Shown one piece after another: positions 1 through 14,059 of a stretch of DNA of 64,000 bases. Source of the DNA: Takakia lepidozioides (lineage: Eukaryota; Plantae; Bryophyta); contig CM060732.1 in assembly GCA_030704615.1 (NCBI GenBank), forward strand, positions 15,128,001-15,192,000, read 5' to 3'. The position numbers and the translations under genes were made by a program. The notes beneath the pieces were generated by a model. It made no database searches. It had not been told where the DNA came from and saw only the letters and a list, made by a program, of their open reading frames with translations. How positions within the stretch are numbered: the first letter of the stretch is position 1; each line of letters begins with the position of its first letter.

Positions 1-223
1 CTGATTACACATTCCAAACCCTCGAGGAACTATTCCACTCAACACTTTCCCATCTTCACACAATACCACCTTTGTATAAACCTCGGATATCCTATGTACA
101 TCTGTCACCATACTCGATTATACACCTCAAGCCCCAGGCAGACCGTTTTACCCAATACCTTCGCCTCATTTAATCAAACTCTCTATCCATGATAATGACC
201 GGCTTGCTCATTCCCTGACTACA

Positions 224-2114
224 GTGCCGGCGCTCGTTACTTCGCCGCTCCATAAGCCCACAGACATATTACACAGCGCAGCTATGGTCCCTGACGGAGC
301 ATCACCTCCACCACACACAAAGCTTCAGCCCCATAAATTCTTTCCACACCCTATAACCACCCAGCCGTCACTCGGGCACAAGTGGATAATGGCCACCATC
401 AACACTCCTCGTTGTTCTCTCTGTCAGCATCACAGCAACCGTCCCGGCCACCCCAGCACCACCCCTACAAATAAATTGCAATCGCCACCTACAGCTTCAC
501 GCACTCCACTCACAATTCTACTCTCTCCTTGCTCCCACCGCTCCTACACTATCCACCTCCATCTCCATTCTCACGGTAGTTTAATCTCCTATACATCCAC
601 TTCCTCTTCTCACATCTCACCCGCTAGCTTTCAATCACGTATGTCTTGCTCAAAGTTAAGTAGCATTCAGAAAAGTGCTGGCAGTATTCAGAAACAACCC
701 CGCCCCCAAACTAGCATAGTCACTCATAGAAAAAGGTCAAACACGCGCTCAGAGTCTATCCCTTGTTCTACTCCAAGGAAACACCACATGGACAGTGACG
801 ACGACGACATGGAGCATCTCCCCAAAGAAGAGGTGGCCGCCAGTGACATGCACCTTTCCGAAGAACAATTCTTTGCTGCAGCCACCATGACCACTCCACA
901 CAAAGCCCTTCCAAGGCCAACAGCAGACAGGTGCCCGAGCGCCTAGCAGTCAACACATCACCAACATCAAGAACTCCCGGGCATCTACGCACACCACATC
1001 CCGCCACACTCACCGCACCAGCCGAGCTTGGCACCCAACCTACGTACTAAAAGAACTGCAAGCGAGTTCAGCAGTGAAGCTGGGAGCAGCCACTCCGACC
1101 CCAAAAAATCTCGATGTCCCACTGCACAAGGCCTTCTCCAACTGATGGACACCTCAAGCCCACAAGACTTGCCACTACTTTGGCTGGGATATCAAGCACA
1201 TGAACAGCATGCGGTAGACTCAGGCCACCCATTCATCACGGAGGAGCGTTCATCTTTTGAACTTCAACGACTGGACCTCTGTGTTTCTGAGATCCACAAA
1301 ATGAGGCATTGCACTTGAAGTCTTACCCGCACGTCCCTCAGTTATTTTTCCCAGTAGTAGGACCTGATGGGTGAGAAGGCCAGCTCTTCCCGCTCACACA
1401 ACTGCCCAAGGGAACCCAAGTTGACCCTTTATCTGGCCTCCCGATCTTGCCCCCACATATCTTGATACAATTTGACAAGGACACAGATATGCCCAAGGAA
1501 CAAGCCTTGTACCGTGCGCGCAAGCGCTTTGAGGAAATGAACATCCCCTTAGGGAGCATTCTCTACTCCCCACTCACAGCATACACAAAGCATGGAAGCA
1601 AGACCTGGATGGGGCTCCTCAAGGTAGAACTGCTCCGACCCACCATCGGTGGTGTGGCACTCTTGCAAGGAAATCGAGCCTTCATGATGGAAATGGCCTC
1701 TGGTGCATCAATGCAGGGAAAAATTGAAAAGGCATTTGACCTGCCTGCTTTGTCCGACCATCTATCGCTCTACATAACAAGCGAGTCTCTGTTGGGGACG
1801 ACTAGCGATAAGCTAACCAGGCATATCATCATGGAAACATTTCTTCACGGTGATGAATTTGAATAATGCACGTTTACAAAGTTGGTCCCGACACGAAGTT
1901 TTGTTTCATCTACATGGTTGCAGAGGACACAAGGCAACGTCTGCTGGTACAGGGTATGCGGGTTAATCATACGCTGATCGAACCAGTGATGCGCACTCGC
2001 CAAACTAGCATGACGGGACAAGCCGCTACACCCCAAGAGATCATCGCTGAACGGGATGCCCTCACTTTGGTCATAAAAAATGTTAACCCCCTGCATTCTC
2101 AAGCTGCCAACTGA
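224..2114 (+). pseudogene. Degenerate TE-like coding remnant, possibly LINE ORF1/gag-like
   Basis: Run of broken + strand ORFs (224-946, 1028-1318, 1447-1866, 1866-2114) with an S/T/P-rich start. No diagnostic motif recognised. Ends abruptly near the following Gypsy-type sequence. Confidence 0.3.
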
Positions 2115-3845
2115 TAGCCTGTTTTGTCTAAGTCATAAACCAGCGGTTAACATTTGGCGACCATACTGGGGACTAACGGTATGTTGAGTTCAAGTGTACT
2201 CAAGGAAGGATGGTTACTCAGTGATTTCTTGAAATCACAAAAGAACGAGTCGACGGAAGCAAAGGAATGGAAAACATTCCTGAAAAAATTTCATGGCTTA
2301 CTAATAACAATATAACAGAAGATCTTTCTTTCAATTGCGAAAGAAGATGACAAATGGGGATTGAAGGAAGGAGTGATCACTATTACATGAGCACCTTGGG
2401 AATGTAGAATCAGAAGTGAAGAATGGTTGTCTCGTCTAGCTTTATTGATTACTCTAATCCCAATAAGAAAAGTTTGCTACACTAGTTATATTTTCAGAGA
2501 AGGATGTTCAAATTATGAATATTGTCACATGATCATAGAAGCAGTGGCGTACTGGATACCCAAAGACTTGTTGCAAGTCAGATACACTGAGAAAGACAGA
2601 TGGTATTATTGTGCCCATTAAAAGTTTGGTGATCAATCAGTAAAAAGGAAAATTAAGTCGTAATACGGATTCTGGCAAGATAGGGTAAATCTTGGAGAAA
2701 TGGTAGAGACCACTATGAATTTTCTTTACTGACATACCAAGACTGATTAAAGGGTGCTGAAAAGGAATTCTGCATATGATGTGGGAATGAATGAGGAAAT
2801 TAAAGAAAAAGCTAAGCAAGACAGAGCTGAACGAATAGAGAAATATGCTGCAGAAAGGGAGGTTCGGTTAAGAGAAGAGTTCCCAGAATTACAAAACTTG
2901 AATATTATTCAAGGTGAGACATCAAGACAAATTGATAGTAATAAACCAAAAGATCAGGAAATTGGATCGGTGGGAAGTGGGAACACTACACCAGAAGAAG
3001 TTGCCAGTAATGCACTTGATGAATGGTTACCACAAGAAAGATCTGAAGGACCTTCTACAGTAACAAGTCCAAATCGAGGCCTTGCTGAAATATTAGAAGA
3101 AAGATTTGAGAACATTCTGAGTGAAGAAGGTGAAAGAAGTGAAACTACTTCTCCAAAAAGGATAACCAGAACTGCACTCAAAGCTTTTAAATATTCATTA
3201 AGCTTAGTAGGGACAGCAGGAAGACGGCTATCATTGGGACAAGGACCTCCTAGCTTTGAATCACTGTTTGGAAGACAAACACCAACACCACCACAGCCAG
3301 CAGCAGCGGGACCATCCCAGTTTGGACAACCAGTTGCACTAGCAGCACCAGTTGCACCAATGGCTTTAGCAGCGAGCAAAACCAGACCGCTGTTCCCTTT
3401 ATATGATGGGAAATCTAATCCAGATATCCATCTTAATCAATTTGAGAACATGTGCACCATTTACAATGAAGCAACAGACCAGGAAAAGATCAGATTATTT
3501 CCTTGTTCAATGGCCAGGAAAGGCATTGAATGGTTGGCAACCTTTGTAGCAAATCACTTTGCAAATTGGGCGGATATGAGAGCCGCGTTTCAAGAAAGAT
3601 ATAGATCCAACAAATCCACGTCTGAAATCTTCACAGGATTACAGAACCTGAGACAGAAAAAGAAAGAACTGGTAGTCGACTACCTGGAGAGAATGAAGAC
3701 CCTAATAAGGAAGCTACCTCAAGCACCAGGGGATGATTTGCAAAAATCATGGTTCATCAACGGACTTCGTCCTGAATATGTAACAATGGTCACAGTCATG
3801 CCTAACAACACTTTGGCTGAAGCAGTAGGAACTGCAAAGAAAAAA
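2115..3845 (+). mobile_element. Ty3/Gypsy 5' fragment (LTR end, PBS-like site, gag)
   Basis: PBS-like TGGCGACCATACTGGGGAC at ~2155 after ...TTAACA. Retrotransposon gag motifs in ORF 2754 (FPLYDGKSNPDIHLNQFE; LQNLRQKKKELVVDYLERM; WFINGLRPE). Truncated at ~3845. Confidence 0.7.
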
Positions 3846-6575
3846 TCCAGAGGTCACAGGAACGAGACCGATTGGACAGGCACAGCTCATCAACTATTTC
3901 GAGCTCAGGAGAAGGTTCCGAACTGCACATTTAAGTGTGCGCATTGCAAAGAACCACCACACTGCATGTCTGTTTGTAATGCCAAGCAGTTCTATGTGTT
4001 GCACCGTTTCCCTGACCTCACCCGAGCTTGCATACACGTTGGTTCCCATTGTCACAAATTGGCGAGGGGGAACTCGCGGGAGGCTGCCCACGAAGCAGAG
4101 CAGCTCGTTCAGGAGGAGGTTAAGTTGAGACCGGGTGCCAAACCCAAACAGATACAGCTCCAAGCCGCCCATAAGATGGCATTGGCCAGAATTATGTCGG
4201 AAGACGGCTCCGATAGAGTTCCTCTCAACGAGAAGGAAATGGAGGCATTGTTGGAGTCGGTGTCCCACGTATGTTCACCGAATGTCCGAAACCACATTGT
4301 CTCATGCAAACAGAAAATTGGGCGTGGCTCGGATATGCACTCCATTCTGGAGGTGAAGCGACGATGTGGATATGACTACATTCATGGAAGTAGGTTTCCA
4401 GGACAAGGGACTGAGGCAGATTGTTGTTTCGTATTCAAAATGTCCACGTGTGGACCTGGCAGCGGCGTCGAACTGGTCGACAGGATGACGAGTGGGAACT
4501 TGTCAAACAGTTGGGTCATGTTCGACCATATCAAGCGAATTACAAATCACCAGTGGGTGACAATGGGTGCACATGTCTACGACACCCACTGCAGGATGCT
4601 AATGACAATTGCTATTTGTGAGATGAAAGGAGAGGACACACAATCGGAGATGCTTCTTTGGCAGGGAATAAACGAACAGATGGCCAAGGCGGGATTGCCC
4701 CCTCCCAATTTCCGTGGTTTCATGGCGGACAACGCACGAGCAAATTGGGCTGCCATCCGAAGGGTGTACGGGCAAGACCCCAATGTTCCCATGGAAGACA
4801 ATGAGAGATCTTGTGGGTTCCATTTTCTGCAGAGCCTTTCGCAGTACACAACCAGGCTCGTGGCGCCAGATTTCAGAGAGGAGCACCGTTCCATGTGCCT
4901 TGCGTGGAAGCGCGCTCCCACCTTGGATGATGCAGAGACACAGTTTGCATGCATACGGGCTTGGTGGACATCGTCAGGTGCTGTAAGGAAATCAGACGAG
5001 GGAGCAATGGTCAGTTGGCTAGCATGGTGGCATTATCGTTTCCTCCAGTTCGACGACTATATGCGGGAGGTGAGTCGCACGAATTCGCGTCCCATTGAAT
5101 ATTATTCTTGGCCATATTTGTAACTTGCTTGTGACCTCAACATGTGCTTGTGCAGGAAATGTGTCTCGACTCCGACACCGACATGCCCACGACAAACATG
5201 GCTTTTCTCAGTGCACTCTTCCTGGCGTGTCTCCTCTGCGGCGCATCTGGTGGACATCCTCACTGCCACAACGGAGGACATTGTGAGGTCAATTATGTAG
5301 CAATGCAGATACAACGAGTTCTTGAAAGGGAAACAGTGGGGCTTGGGGCCGGACAGGCAGGAAATGCTGATGCGGACTGCCTCTAGATCGAAGAATCCTC
5401 GGAAGTGGGCGGCGGCCTTGCGAGAGGGCCTTCGGGACACGCCATTGCTGCGAAGAGGCCAACATTTGGAAGGAGATGTTCATACCCGTCCAGTGAGACG
5501 AAGACTTGACGAGGCACCTGGCGGAGAAGAGGATTCATGGCGAGCTGACAAGAATATTCGCATGCTCCCTCGTGGTCCGGTGATGTTGCCCGAGGAGGTC
5601 TCGTCGAGCACCGCAAGTCCTGCACGTTCAAGATCGCCATCTCCTTCGAGCACAGAGCGCGTGCCCCGGCAACATAACGAGCCATCTGTAGTAAAGCAGT
5701 ACAACATTCCCATTGTGGAGACAAGAGTGTCGGAGTCACAGTGGAGAATTGCGAGGACATTGCCGGCATTTCGAGGGAAGTGCTGCGCCATCCGGGTAGA
5801 TACGAGAGCACGTTGTGGTGAGATGATTCGGAGGAACCCACACGGTGCTGTACCTGCACCTTGTTTCAGCGGCAGATTTTTGACTCCCACATTTGCTCAC
5901 GCCACAACGCAGACATTTTGGTTCTGTAGGCACGACATAATGACCTGTGTATTTGGCAAGCCCAAGTACGGGATTCAAGGAATGCCGGAGCCTCCGGGCG
6001 TCTGGCCAGTTGCACCGGGTTGCACCCTCTCTCAGAATGAGGCGGATGCTCTATCTGCAGCAGGATTTCGAATGGTGCAACGCACAGACATCCCAGCCCA
6101 CGCATTTCCGGTTCCTCAGACCCAGCCATTGCAGACTGCTCGGTCCAGTAGAGACGGATTGGACAATTCTGCACATCCCACAATGCGATTCGGAAGAGTG
6201 AAGAGACGACACCCTCCCAACAAGTTGAATGAGACTCGGATTGCCAATGCTCTTGGGATGGCTTGCACTATTCAGAGCTCCGTGGACGTACCCCCACCCG
6301 GCCTTGGGCGTGTGTATCGGATGGCAACGGCCGGCTCGGCTGTACGCGACGATGTATACACAATTACGATTGGAGTGGAGCCGACTTGCAATTGTACGGA
6401 CTTCTCGTTGATGGAAGCAAAGAAGGGTTCGAAGTATTATCCGTGCAAGCATCTCTATTACATTTACCTGAAGAGGTTGAGGATGAACGTGACTATTGAT
6501 GACTTTATTCATGCACCGGCGTTGAGCGTGAACGAGCTGCACAAACTCCTCCTTAAGGATTCCAGAAATCATTGA
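3846..6575 (+). pseudogene. MULE (Mutator-like) DDE transposase with Cys/His-rich N-terminal region and C-terminal SWIM zinc finger; 5'-truncated and inactivated
   Basis: FDH (~4521), FMADNA (~4720) and CGFH (~4812, the MULE CxxH motif). GT-AG intron 5070-5155. PTTNMA-x-SVH with a frameshift at 5204-5207 where the catalytic Glu is expected. In-frame TAG at ~5298. SWIM CNC...CKH at ~6385-6455. Confidence 0.8.
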
Positions 6576-6724
6576 TGGGGCAAAGGGAATCCTCCATATG
6601 GATATTTTCAATTGCATTTTGCTGTATCAGACTTTTTTTTGCAGTGTAATGAAATGCACCCCAAAACTCCTGAAATGAGGCAATATTCCATTCAAACTGA
6701 GATCCAACAGAAGCAGTTGTGGGG

Positions 6725-6965
6725 CCATTTCTGGAAAAATGGCGCCGAATTTCTCTTTTGGGGCCGAAAACTGGCTAAGTCCCAACATGCACTGGTACCT
6801 GTGTCTGGGAAAATGGCGCCGAATTTCTCTTTTTTGGGCCGAAAACTGGCTAAGTCCCAACATGCACTGGTACAGTGTCTGGAAAAATGGCGCCGAATTT
6901 CCCTATTTTGCGCCGAAAACTGGCTAAGTCCGAACATGCACTGGAAAAATGGCGCCGAAATTACC
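6725..6965. repeat. Four ~62-75 bp tandem units carrying GGAAAAATGGCGCCGAATTT
   Basis: Motif at ~6733, 6808, 6881, 6943, with GGCCGAAAACTGGCTAAGTCC in three units. The same motifs build the array at 52390-52990. Confidence 0.9.
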
Positions 6966-7324
6966 TGTCATGAGGGGACCTATAGCCGCGGAATTCGGCA
7001 CCATTTTTCGCCAGAGAGACCTATTACCGTGCAATACGTCGCCGTTTTTTCAGGTTACGGACCCTATTACCGCGAAATTCGGCGCCATATTTGCACATGT
7101 CGCTGGGAATTGGCATGAGCGGAAGACGAAATATCATGAGCACAACGGTCAAAACTGCAAGTTTCCTTCAAGGGGTCGAATAATATATTTGTTTTTCCTA
7201 ACATATTGCATTAAAATATTGTTTTTTATTGTTTTTTATTTTCGAAATTTGTACTTCTGCCCATGAAAACCGATTGTCTTACTACTCCGCTCATGCCGCT
7301 CATGCTCATGAAATAGCAAACCTC
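6966..7324. mobile_element. Terminus of the MULE element
   Basis: Reverse complement of the end reads GAGGTTTGCTATTTC-ATGAGC-ATGAGC, matching the GGGGGGTGCTATTCC-GTGAGC end at 12804 (16/21). Subterminal CCTATTACCGYG boxes at ~7020 and ~7063. Confidence 0.65.
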
Positions 7325-10300
7325 GTTAACAGTTGCAGCACATGCAGGATTAGTGTCGTGCAATTGTGCATCAATCAAGGTTCATGACACACTTTCAATT
7401 ATCTGAGAATTTCTTGACATGATGCTCGTGGTACTTCCAAGTAAACCGTTACCTGTTATCTAAAGGTATGCCAATGACTAGCCGATCCTCTCTCAGCAAT
7501 GCCGACAGCTGATATGCCAGGCCTTTGTGCTGTGCTCTGCTAACTCTTAAAACTCTTAAACTCTGCTAAGTCAGCACCAGTAACTCACTCAGTAAATCAA
7601 CTTCATCCGTCCGTCCGTCATTAGATTTCATCCATATGCAGAACCTTCCAAAAATTTCATCCTGATTCGCTTTGTACTTTCATCCAACGTACACCTTCTC
7701 TCTCGCACTAAGTCCTGAAACACCGTGCTTAACCAGAACTCAGTCTCAGTCATCAGCTGTGTGGAGCAATTTTTGTGAAGTCTCACATACCCTGGTGAGC
7801 TAAAACCCTACATTCGGCAATGGGAGTGCTAGAATCTTGTGGGAAAATGTTGTTAAAGGTACTCTTTAGGAACATCCAAGGAGTACAATGTCTCTTCATG
7901 ACTAATAGGGACATTCTTGAGTTTTAGTAACTGCCTGTTTGATTTCTTGTATTGTGTGGGTGGGGTTATGGGGAAGAACAGACATGCACATTATGAGCTA
8001 GGTCTCACCCCATTGGTTCTACTTTGGAAGGATGCTCAGTGCAGCCAATATCTGCTCGACACTGATGCCTAAGGCAATGTAGCTGCGTATCAACAGGTCA
8101 AGAAAATCAAGCAACTTCATCACCTTTACATTAAACACTTGAATCATTTCCTTTGATAATGCCAACCTCACTGTCCCCCTCTTTTCTCTCCCTCATCTCA
8201 ACCAGTGATGATGTACAGGTTGTACTGGAGTTGCAGAGTGATGGCACAGTGAGCACCAATGATGACCCACCAGTGGTCCTTGGATCCATGTCATCTCACT
8301 TAGTGTGTGTTCCCTTCTGTTCTGTCCAAACTGGGGCGCGGGATTAGTGCCCACAAGACTATGGCAAACAATATCTTTTGAGTACAAGTAGTGTCTTTTC
8401 CCTTCTTTCCCACCCAAACTGGGTGCATGGTCAATGGCCACAAGTCTCTAACAAATGTCATCTTATGAGTACACTCTCTTTGGGCTTCCATTGAAGATTA
8501 CAACTGCACACCGCTTTTGTTCTGTTTGATACCCATCATGGAAAATGAATGAAAATCTGGCTTCTGTTCTCTTTATTGAAGTATTTAAAAATCTATGTAC
8601 GCCCCTTCTGCCCCTTCAGCTGTTTGTCAAGCTGAAGAAGGGTGTGCATATTCCTGGACTGGATCTTTGGGCAAGTGAACAGATCTGTTCACCAGAAACT
8701 TCTTATCCACTCTAATATGTCTGCTACTATCAATTGTATGAATGTGCCCCACAGATATTGATCTACATTCATGTTGAGAACTTCAATGGCAATGAGTGCT
8801 TGATTCCTGGTTGTCCTTGGAGAAAGCTGTGGAGAAAGCTGAAACGACTTGTGGGGGAGCCGGTTGAGACTGTGGCCAACTTGGGGTTTTGTCTGTTCCT
8901 TTTCATGCATTGGGCCTCAAGTTTGCTACACCAAGGTACGAAATTTTCCATCTCTTCTCTTCCCAGCAATTCAGATCAATTTTTTCTAAGGCTTCCATGG
9001 TGCTTGAAGGCAATTGGTGGTGAGTTCACTTGTAAAAAATGTGAATGTATCATATATGTATGTCAATTATTAATCTATAAATGGACACTAGCTGGAGAGA
9101 CGTTTTCTTCTTCAAGTTGGCCAAAAGATGCTCGATATGATAGCACTTCTGTTTGACAGGACGATGAATGCAGGTATTACTTTGTGATCTCAGCCAGAGT
9201 TACTTCTCTTTTCATATGCCAACCCATCAAGTCAACAGAGCCTCTCAAATTCGATTCTTCAACCTGTCTGATTTGGTGAACAAAAACAGGGGGAAAGAAA
9301 ATATAACAAACAAAACCCACAATTTTCAACCCCTAGTTCCCCAATGAAACCCTGGACATCAATCTGTTGCTTGGCCTACATGCAAGAACTGTAAAAACAT
9401 GAGAGCACTGCCACCTTCCAATTGCCTACTGTATTCAAGAGTCATAGAATGGCCCTGGCAGAAATCCATCCCTGATTCTTCACCATGGTTGGACAACAGG
9501 TTGGAGAATAATGTGAGGCTATCTCTAGTATGACATTACAGAGTGTGTCGAGGATGTGATTGAAGCTGGTTTGGATTGTGTCTTCAGTTGCTTACTTTAC
9601 TGTCAAGTTTGGTCATGTAAGAGCCGCAAGAATGAGTTTAGTATGGTTAGAGTTGTTGAAATGAAGCTGTTGAGGGTTGCCTGAGATCTCTGAACCGGTT
9701 ACATTTTAAGGGCATGGCTGGGAGGACAGGATTTGGCAAGATGGGATGAGGACCTTCTGGAGCTGCCATATGTAGATGCAGTGTCAAAGCTGGAGAAAGC
9801 TTGTCTCTTCAATCCTCACAAGCTCAACGCACTCCGGTATCTCCATAATGCCTACACGCCCCAGGGATTTCTGGTGACCCAGACCCATGAGGCCAACGTT
9901 GTTTCCATGAAAGCTGTTGAGTGCTGCAATATTAACCCCTCCACCACACTAGAATCTGCAAACGATTGTTGGGTTGGTCAGGAGCAGCTGACAATACGTG
10001 TGATTCACCCAAGCTTTGCTTGTAGCACTAACTGGTATGGTAAACCCTCCTCTGCTTCTGCACTCTCACATAATTCTGGTCTTGTTGCTGGATCTTGATC
10101 CAGATTTTGGCAGACGTGAGTTTATGCCAAAGAGCTTTGAATGTGACCTGTGAAGTCTTATGGGGTTATATGTGAGGGTGTTTTCCAGTACATCACATCG
10201 ACGGCTGTGGTCAGCCTGTGACTAACTTTGTCTCCTGTTTAGCTGCCAAGCTGACTTCATCCCAAAAAGTGATGTGCAGCCCAATTGTGCTATGAAGTGC

Positions 10301-13300
10301 TTCAACTAACCGCTATATATGAAGTGCTTCAGATGTGATGGAAGACCAAGGAATGCTTCGGTGTACTTGTTCATACAAGTGTCAGCACATTTCTCAAGGT
10401 TATTCCTGGTTGCCAAGAAGGACTTGGTACAACCATGAGAAGAAATCCATGGAAGGGAAAATCCATCCTAGTGTGAGAAGACCTGTCTTAAGGCCATTTC
10501 CTGCACCACAGGAGCCTTCCTCATCCAGAAGAGTTGCGGACGTTGTTCAAGAGACTCGGCGGATACCATGCTTTTGTCATTTATGTGGTCCCAACAAACT
10601 GTGAACACACACCGTGGTTACGATATATTGCGGAATCAATTGATGTCCATCCCTCCTCCTGTAAGACCTAGTTCTGATCCAATGGTGAATGTGGAGATAG
10701 GAAGTAATGCGGCTGCAAGCTCTTCAAGCCCTCACACGGTGGATGAAGAGGCAACACATGTCGAAGTAGGTCTGATGTCAACAAGCTCTTCAATTATTGG
10801 CAGGGAGGAACCCATTTTTCAGATTCAACCACAAGACTTGAACACCGCTCTCATGGCACGAATCATAGGGCTACAAAAGCTTATGGATGATTGCCACATG
10901 CCGGTCCATGCTCAGGGTGAGGTCATGAAGACTTTGTTTGGATCCTTAGGCGAACAACCTCAATTGCTAAGTGCAGGAGTTCTGGACTATCGAGCTTTGC
11001 ACTTGGGGCGCTTGTTAACAATTGCAGGGTCAGATTGGAATGGTGACATAGGTGGCTTTCAAGCCCCCACCTCATGGAAACAGGTTATGGCCACTTACAA
11101 GGGCCTTGGCATGGTAGAAGTTCAGAAGTGGCGACTGTGTACAGAGACCAAAAAAGCAGCCCATGCTCATTTGATGGAACGCCATATAGAAGATAATCTT
11201 GACTTGAAGTTAGAGTGCCCGTGCCAACCCAAGACGACAGCAAAGCACCGGAGGGATTGTGGTGGGTGTTGTCAGACTTGTGCAAAATGTGGGAAAATGA
11301 GGAAGGACGTCTTGGCGTTTGAATATCTGCCATTTGGTGTCTTGTTGGAATCTTTTTGTAAAAGTCGGACGCTTTGCCACCACTTTTTGGCGTTATGGAG
11401 GAACAGGGATAAATAGAAAGGTAAACTTGGTGATGAAACGCCAGAGAACATTCAAGAGTTTTGGGATGGTGCAAATCTAAGGGATTATCAAGCTTTTTGG
11501 GACCCAGAGTGTGAATGGGAGGCCCCCATTGTGTGCCCAAATTCTGGATGTAGACGAAGCTTCCGTGCCTTTCCTTCATCTGTAAAATGTGCAGAACTGA
11601 GCGAAAATTGGGATCACCATCGTGGGCTCTATTCTTTTCCTTGCCCTGAGTGTGCCACTCTCATTGAAAGTCCCAAACTATATCACAAGGTGCTCATTCA
11701 AATTGGCTTCTTTTGATTGCTTCTTTTGGTTTATTCCCATCAATGCATAGAACTTTGTTGCAAATTCAAGTCTTACAAGGAAGAGTATTGCAGGAACATT
11801 CCTGGATGGTTTACTTGCATATATATTACTATTGTCAATGTGCGTGTCAGGCTCTAATTTCCACAAACGATTTAAATTACAAGGTTTGTTTGTTATTCCA
11901 ATGGCTAATTGGCATTTTGACCATGATGGACATCACAGGGGGATCCGAGGAACTTTGCATTGATGGTCCATTGGGATGGGTTCCAAAGTGCGCGTACAAG
12001 ACAATGTGATTGTTGGACTTTAGAGTTGTGATTCTTAATGGTGGCAAAACATCTCCATTGGGTCCCCTCCCTGTGTTGTTTATTCCAGCCAGTTCTGACA
12101 AAGTAGTAAAGCAGACAGATACAAACGTCCTCTCTGCATTCCTCGAACCCCTTATTCGGGAACTAGAAGCATCCTTTGTGGATGGCATGATTTTCACATA
12201 TGCGTACCCAGAGTACTTAATCAGCAAGTACTTACCTTTGAAGTCTCCTGAGGAATCCATCACTCTGCGTGCTATTTTGATGCTTTATACAGGAGACCAT
12301 CCTGCCCAGTGTAAAGTGGGGGGCCTGAAAGGGGGAGGCTATTCAGGCTGTAGACGGCACGATATTCACTTGGAGTTGGAACCAAGAGGATCAAGCTCTA
12401 GAAACACCTTGAAATATGAGAATACTCGAAAGGAAGCACGACATCCGCTTCCTGTCCGAACTAGTGAAAGCCTTTTCACTGCTATGACAGAATGGCGAGA
12501 ATTGCCCATGGGGAAGGAGAGAGTGGCGGACGGGAGGAGAGGTGGTATATCAGGGCACTCCATCTTGTGGCATTTGTTCCACTTGTACGCTTTTGATATA
12601 TCGCAAGATCTTGTCTATGACGTAATGCACACCTTGTGTCTATGCGTGTTTAAGAAGTATGTTGAGTTGTTTGTCACCACTTGTGAAAGGGTAGGACAAA
12701 TGAAGGAGCTCGAAGAGGCCCTTGCCATTGTGACCAGATATAGACCAAAGGGATTAGGAGGTCGGTGGCCAAGGAAACTCTCTTCCTTGGGGTACTACAA
12801 AGCGGGGGGTGCTATTCCGTGAGCCCGGAGGCGTGAGCCTGTGAGCCCAGGAGCCCGTGAGCCCACGACAGGCTCACGCCACGTCAACATGCATATAGGG
12901 CCTATTTCCGCGGTTGTCACCTATTACCGCGGGTTGATCAGCACTTTCCAGGGAATGCAGACTGGATGTGTTACATCCATTGTATCTATCCTTTCTATCC
13001 ATTGCATCCATTTAGACGTTATTAACATACCAAGCCCTTGCATTGGCACGTGGCTACGTCGTGAGCAGGTGCACCCTCACATCATCCAAAGCGGATCCCT
13101 GCGACATGTTTTCTTACTCACCACCCTTGCGAACATGTATGGTATGTGCGGGAGCATCATAGATGCTCACCAGAAGAATGCCTGAATGATCTTTGATCAC
13201 GTGGACTTTAACGTGATGGATTTACTAAGCATTCTTCTGGCAGGAACGGTTTGGAGACCAACGAGCAAATGATGCGAGAATGTTCTGCCCAAACCAAAGA

Positions 13301-13518
13301 CGTTTGTTTGTTTTTGCAATGCACACAAGCCTGTGAGCTCCAGAAAACACTAAAGAGATTGAATGAACAATCCGGGCAGTCCATGCAACCCCCATCTCCA
13401 ACGATAGTTTGTTCCCAGGAATTTGCATCCCGCGCACACATTGCAAACAGGACAACAAGGACACACAACCATCCCATTTCAAAATTGGCCCCGAACAAAA
13501 GTAAGAGAAAACTTGATA

Positions 13519-14059
13519 TCAAGTGTCACAGTCATCAGAATCAGAATCAACCTCCTGTGCTATGTCATCCACAAAGATTCTGGCCCCAACACCACGTCTT
13601 CTACCACAGCCGTCGATGGTTGGACTGCGAGTGCCATGAACAGACATGCTTGCTGCAAGTGCCTCCGCATAGACGGGTAGCATATAAGACTGAGGAGGAC
13701 TTGAAAGAAGTCCAAAAAGGTGTGATAGCCTTGGAGGGTCAGTGGAAGCACACGGACTCTTGCACAAGTCGACAAAAACTCATTTTGAATACAATGATGC
13801 AATGCACAAGTCCAACGAAGAGGATGTCTCACATGTGCACTTTGCCTTAAAAAACAATGATTATGGGTATTGAAACAAGAATGCAAGCATCCACAGCTTA
13901 AACTTACTCACAGGCAAAGTCGGAGTCTAGCTCCTTGTCAGACGTCTCCCCTGTATCAATATCACCGGGAAGGGGCTTCGGAAGAACTTGAGAAGTGTGT
14001 CCTCCCAAACCCATCAGGAGGTTCTTGTAAATTTCGGCATCCCCTTCAATCCCCGCACA
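13519..14059 (-). pseudogene. 3' exons of a putative ParB-MTase-family gene inside element A1
   Basis: CAGIEGDAEIYKNLL resembles the amino-MTase 'IG.E.D' motif. It is followed by an acidic tail and a GTGAGT donor at 13911, like exon 47079-47278. Last exon ends DDIAQEVDSDSDDCDT*. Confidence 0.5.

Noticed and set aside
7330-10300. Short ORFs (8734-9156, 9733-10098), and similarly 21186-22086
   Set aside because: No recognisable motifs or consistent exon structure; possibly parts of the CACTA-like element, but unsupported.
13251-13850. Plus-strand ORF conserved with 56316-57311
   Set aside because: Similarity is explained by DNA identity between element copies; splice signals and motifs favour the minus strand.
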